Shown piece by piece: positions 62,604 through 64,000 of a stretch of 64,000 nt of DNA (position 1 is the stretch's first letter; every line of letters starts with the position of its first letter). Position numbers and translations under genes: made by a program. The notes under the pieces were generated by a model. That model had not been told where the DNA came from and searched no databases. It saw nothing but the letters and a program-made list of their open reading frames with translations. The stretch lies in the NCBI GenBank assembly GCA_003427395.1, contig BFEA01000001.1:7851917-7915916 (forward strand), in the 5' to 3' direction. The stretch is from Chara braunii. Lineage: Eukaryota > Plantae > Charophyceae.

Positions 62604-64000
62604 CGATCATGCAGGAACCCGTAAGTCAATGGAAAGCGCGCGCTCAAGGTTCTCAACTACCGCGGCGGTCACCAGTGACCAGTGTCGCGCCCGACTTAAG
62701 AAAAGTCCGACCATATGATTAAATAATAACGATGATAAAACAATAAAATACCTGTCGGGGACCTCTAGCACCGCTCCGATGCGGCTGACGGCAAAAACCA
62801 AGGGAAGTTGCCCCGTCGGGCCCAACCCCGCGGTCGCTTCGCGCTACTCCGATATCCCCGAATCGTCGCCGCTCGATCTCAATCCATGAATCTTCCTGAC
62901 GAAAGTCCAACACTGTAACTAATAGTACTAGGCCCGAGTCTTGGTCTAACTCTGACGGACACCCGAAATAAATCAATACTGCGCGACGTGCAAACCTACC
63001 AAAACGATCTCAAAACCACATGGTTGTCGATGTCGTCCCTTGTACGTACGCACAACTCGCAGGTAAGCACTTCAATCAGATGACAAAATGTTTTTAATCC
63101 TAACTTAAGCAGAAATAAAAATCTGGCCGGTGATCACGCCGACTCTTCAACCATCAACAGTAAAAAGATCACGCGTGCCTCAAAACTGCGCACCCACACA
63201 CTCTCTATTCTAGTCAACCAACCAGCCAACGTAAAATCACAGACACAACCGCGCTTCGCAGGATATACCTAAACTTTAAACCAAACTTATTTCCTGTCGT
63301 TTGCAAAACCCAGGGCGGATACCCTTGTAAGGGTATTCGCACCGACAGCGTCTATCTCGGTGGTTCGCGGTATTACTTACACGTTGTCCCCAAGTTGTCT
63401 CTTGTTTGATTCTGTTTTTTCTCCTGAATGACATGGCCGAGAGGGCTTTCACCTTTTGCGAAAAAAACACAGAAGTTGATGCGCTCATACATTTAGACAA
63501 CCATCGACGTTTATCAAATAACGCCTTATAACGGATAAGAACCCAATATTAATACTCAACTTCATTGTCTATTGTTCTAGAAAAACATCGCATAGAAATC
63601 AATGTTTTCCTACAAAGCACCATTGATCAACAATCAATCTCATTGACTCTTGGATGAAGTCGTTACTATCATTGTCATCCCCATAAACACCGCTATCCTC
63701 GAGATTGCAAACCTTAGCCGCCTTTCTTACCAATTTACCAAACTATAGAAGGACGCGTTTGTCGGCGATATCGAAGATCGCTTGCAACTTGGTAGCATAC
63801 CCAACTTTTTTATTTTGATCGTAATTCATACAAATAAGTCGTTTATGTGTCAGTTGGGAAACATGATTTCATCCATTGTGGTATCCCTAATATGGGTCAT
63901 GATACCAGTTTGCGTTTTCCTTAACATCAAAGTCTTCCGAGCGACGACCTTTGTACGGCTAAGCCGGAGTTTCTCCATCAAATGAACATGACACATTCTC

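Larger units (their letters stand above)
55764..63347 (-). mobile_element. 7.6-kb solo-LTR-like element (family X)
   Basis: Inverted termini TGTCGG...CCGACA and a perfect 4-bp TSD GCGT (55760-55763, 63348-63351). No gag/pol and no internal LTR duplication were seen. Confidence 0.75.

Noticed and set aside
63352-64000. Possible Penelope/LINE ORF remnant on the minus strand
   Set aside because: There are many stop codons and no diagnostic motif that I can support.

Overview
Eukaryotic, repeat-dominated, gapped draft sequence (N gaps at ~33608-33697, 45198-45277, 49203-49710, 58328-58407). The repeat families resemble those of a streptophyte alga such as Chara; this is an inference and was not checked. 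No intact long host ORF is present. A probable signal-peptide first exon (86-206) suggests much of the window could be intron or intergenic space. Most of the window is nested, decayed TEs: (i) a + strand Ty3/Gypsy element, 13131-21448, with paired ~1-kb LTRs, PBS, PPT and CAAT TSD; (ii) two - strand Gypsy elements of one family (~22908-31680 and ~35400-52650), the second with a chromodomain; (iii) a 5'-truncated L1/Tx1-type LINE; (iv) several hAT-type MITEs with 8-bp TSDs; (v) a family of very large TGTCG...CGACA elements with 4-bp TSDs (42704-50666, 55764-63347). The non-coding RNA signals are the most notable content. There are two tandem, covarying type III hammerhead ribozymes 151 nt apart (47515-47726), with a decayed relative at ~4000. 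A Penelope-type minimal type I hammerhead lies in an insertion that splits the Gypsy pol. Inside the 7.6-kb solo-LTR-like element there is a CRISPR-like array of seven conserved 19-nt motifs, each closed by a different but pairing stem and separated by unique spacers (59229-59840), plus a second hairpin array and an LSU-rRNA-derived fragment. A Nextera mate-pair adapter at 31226-31263 is an assembly artefact.
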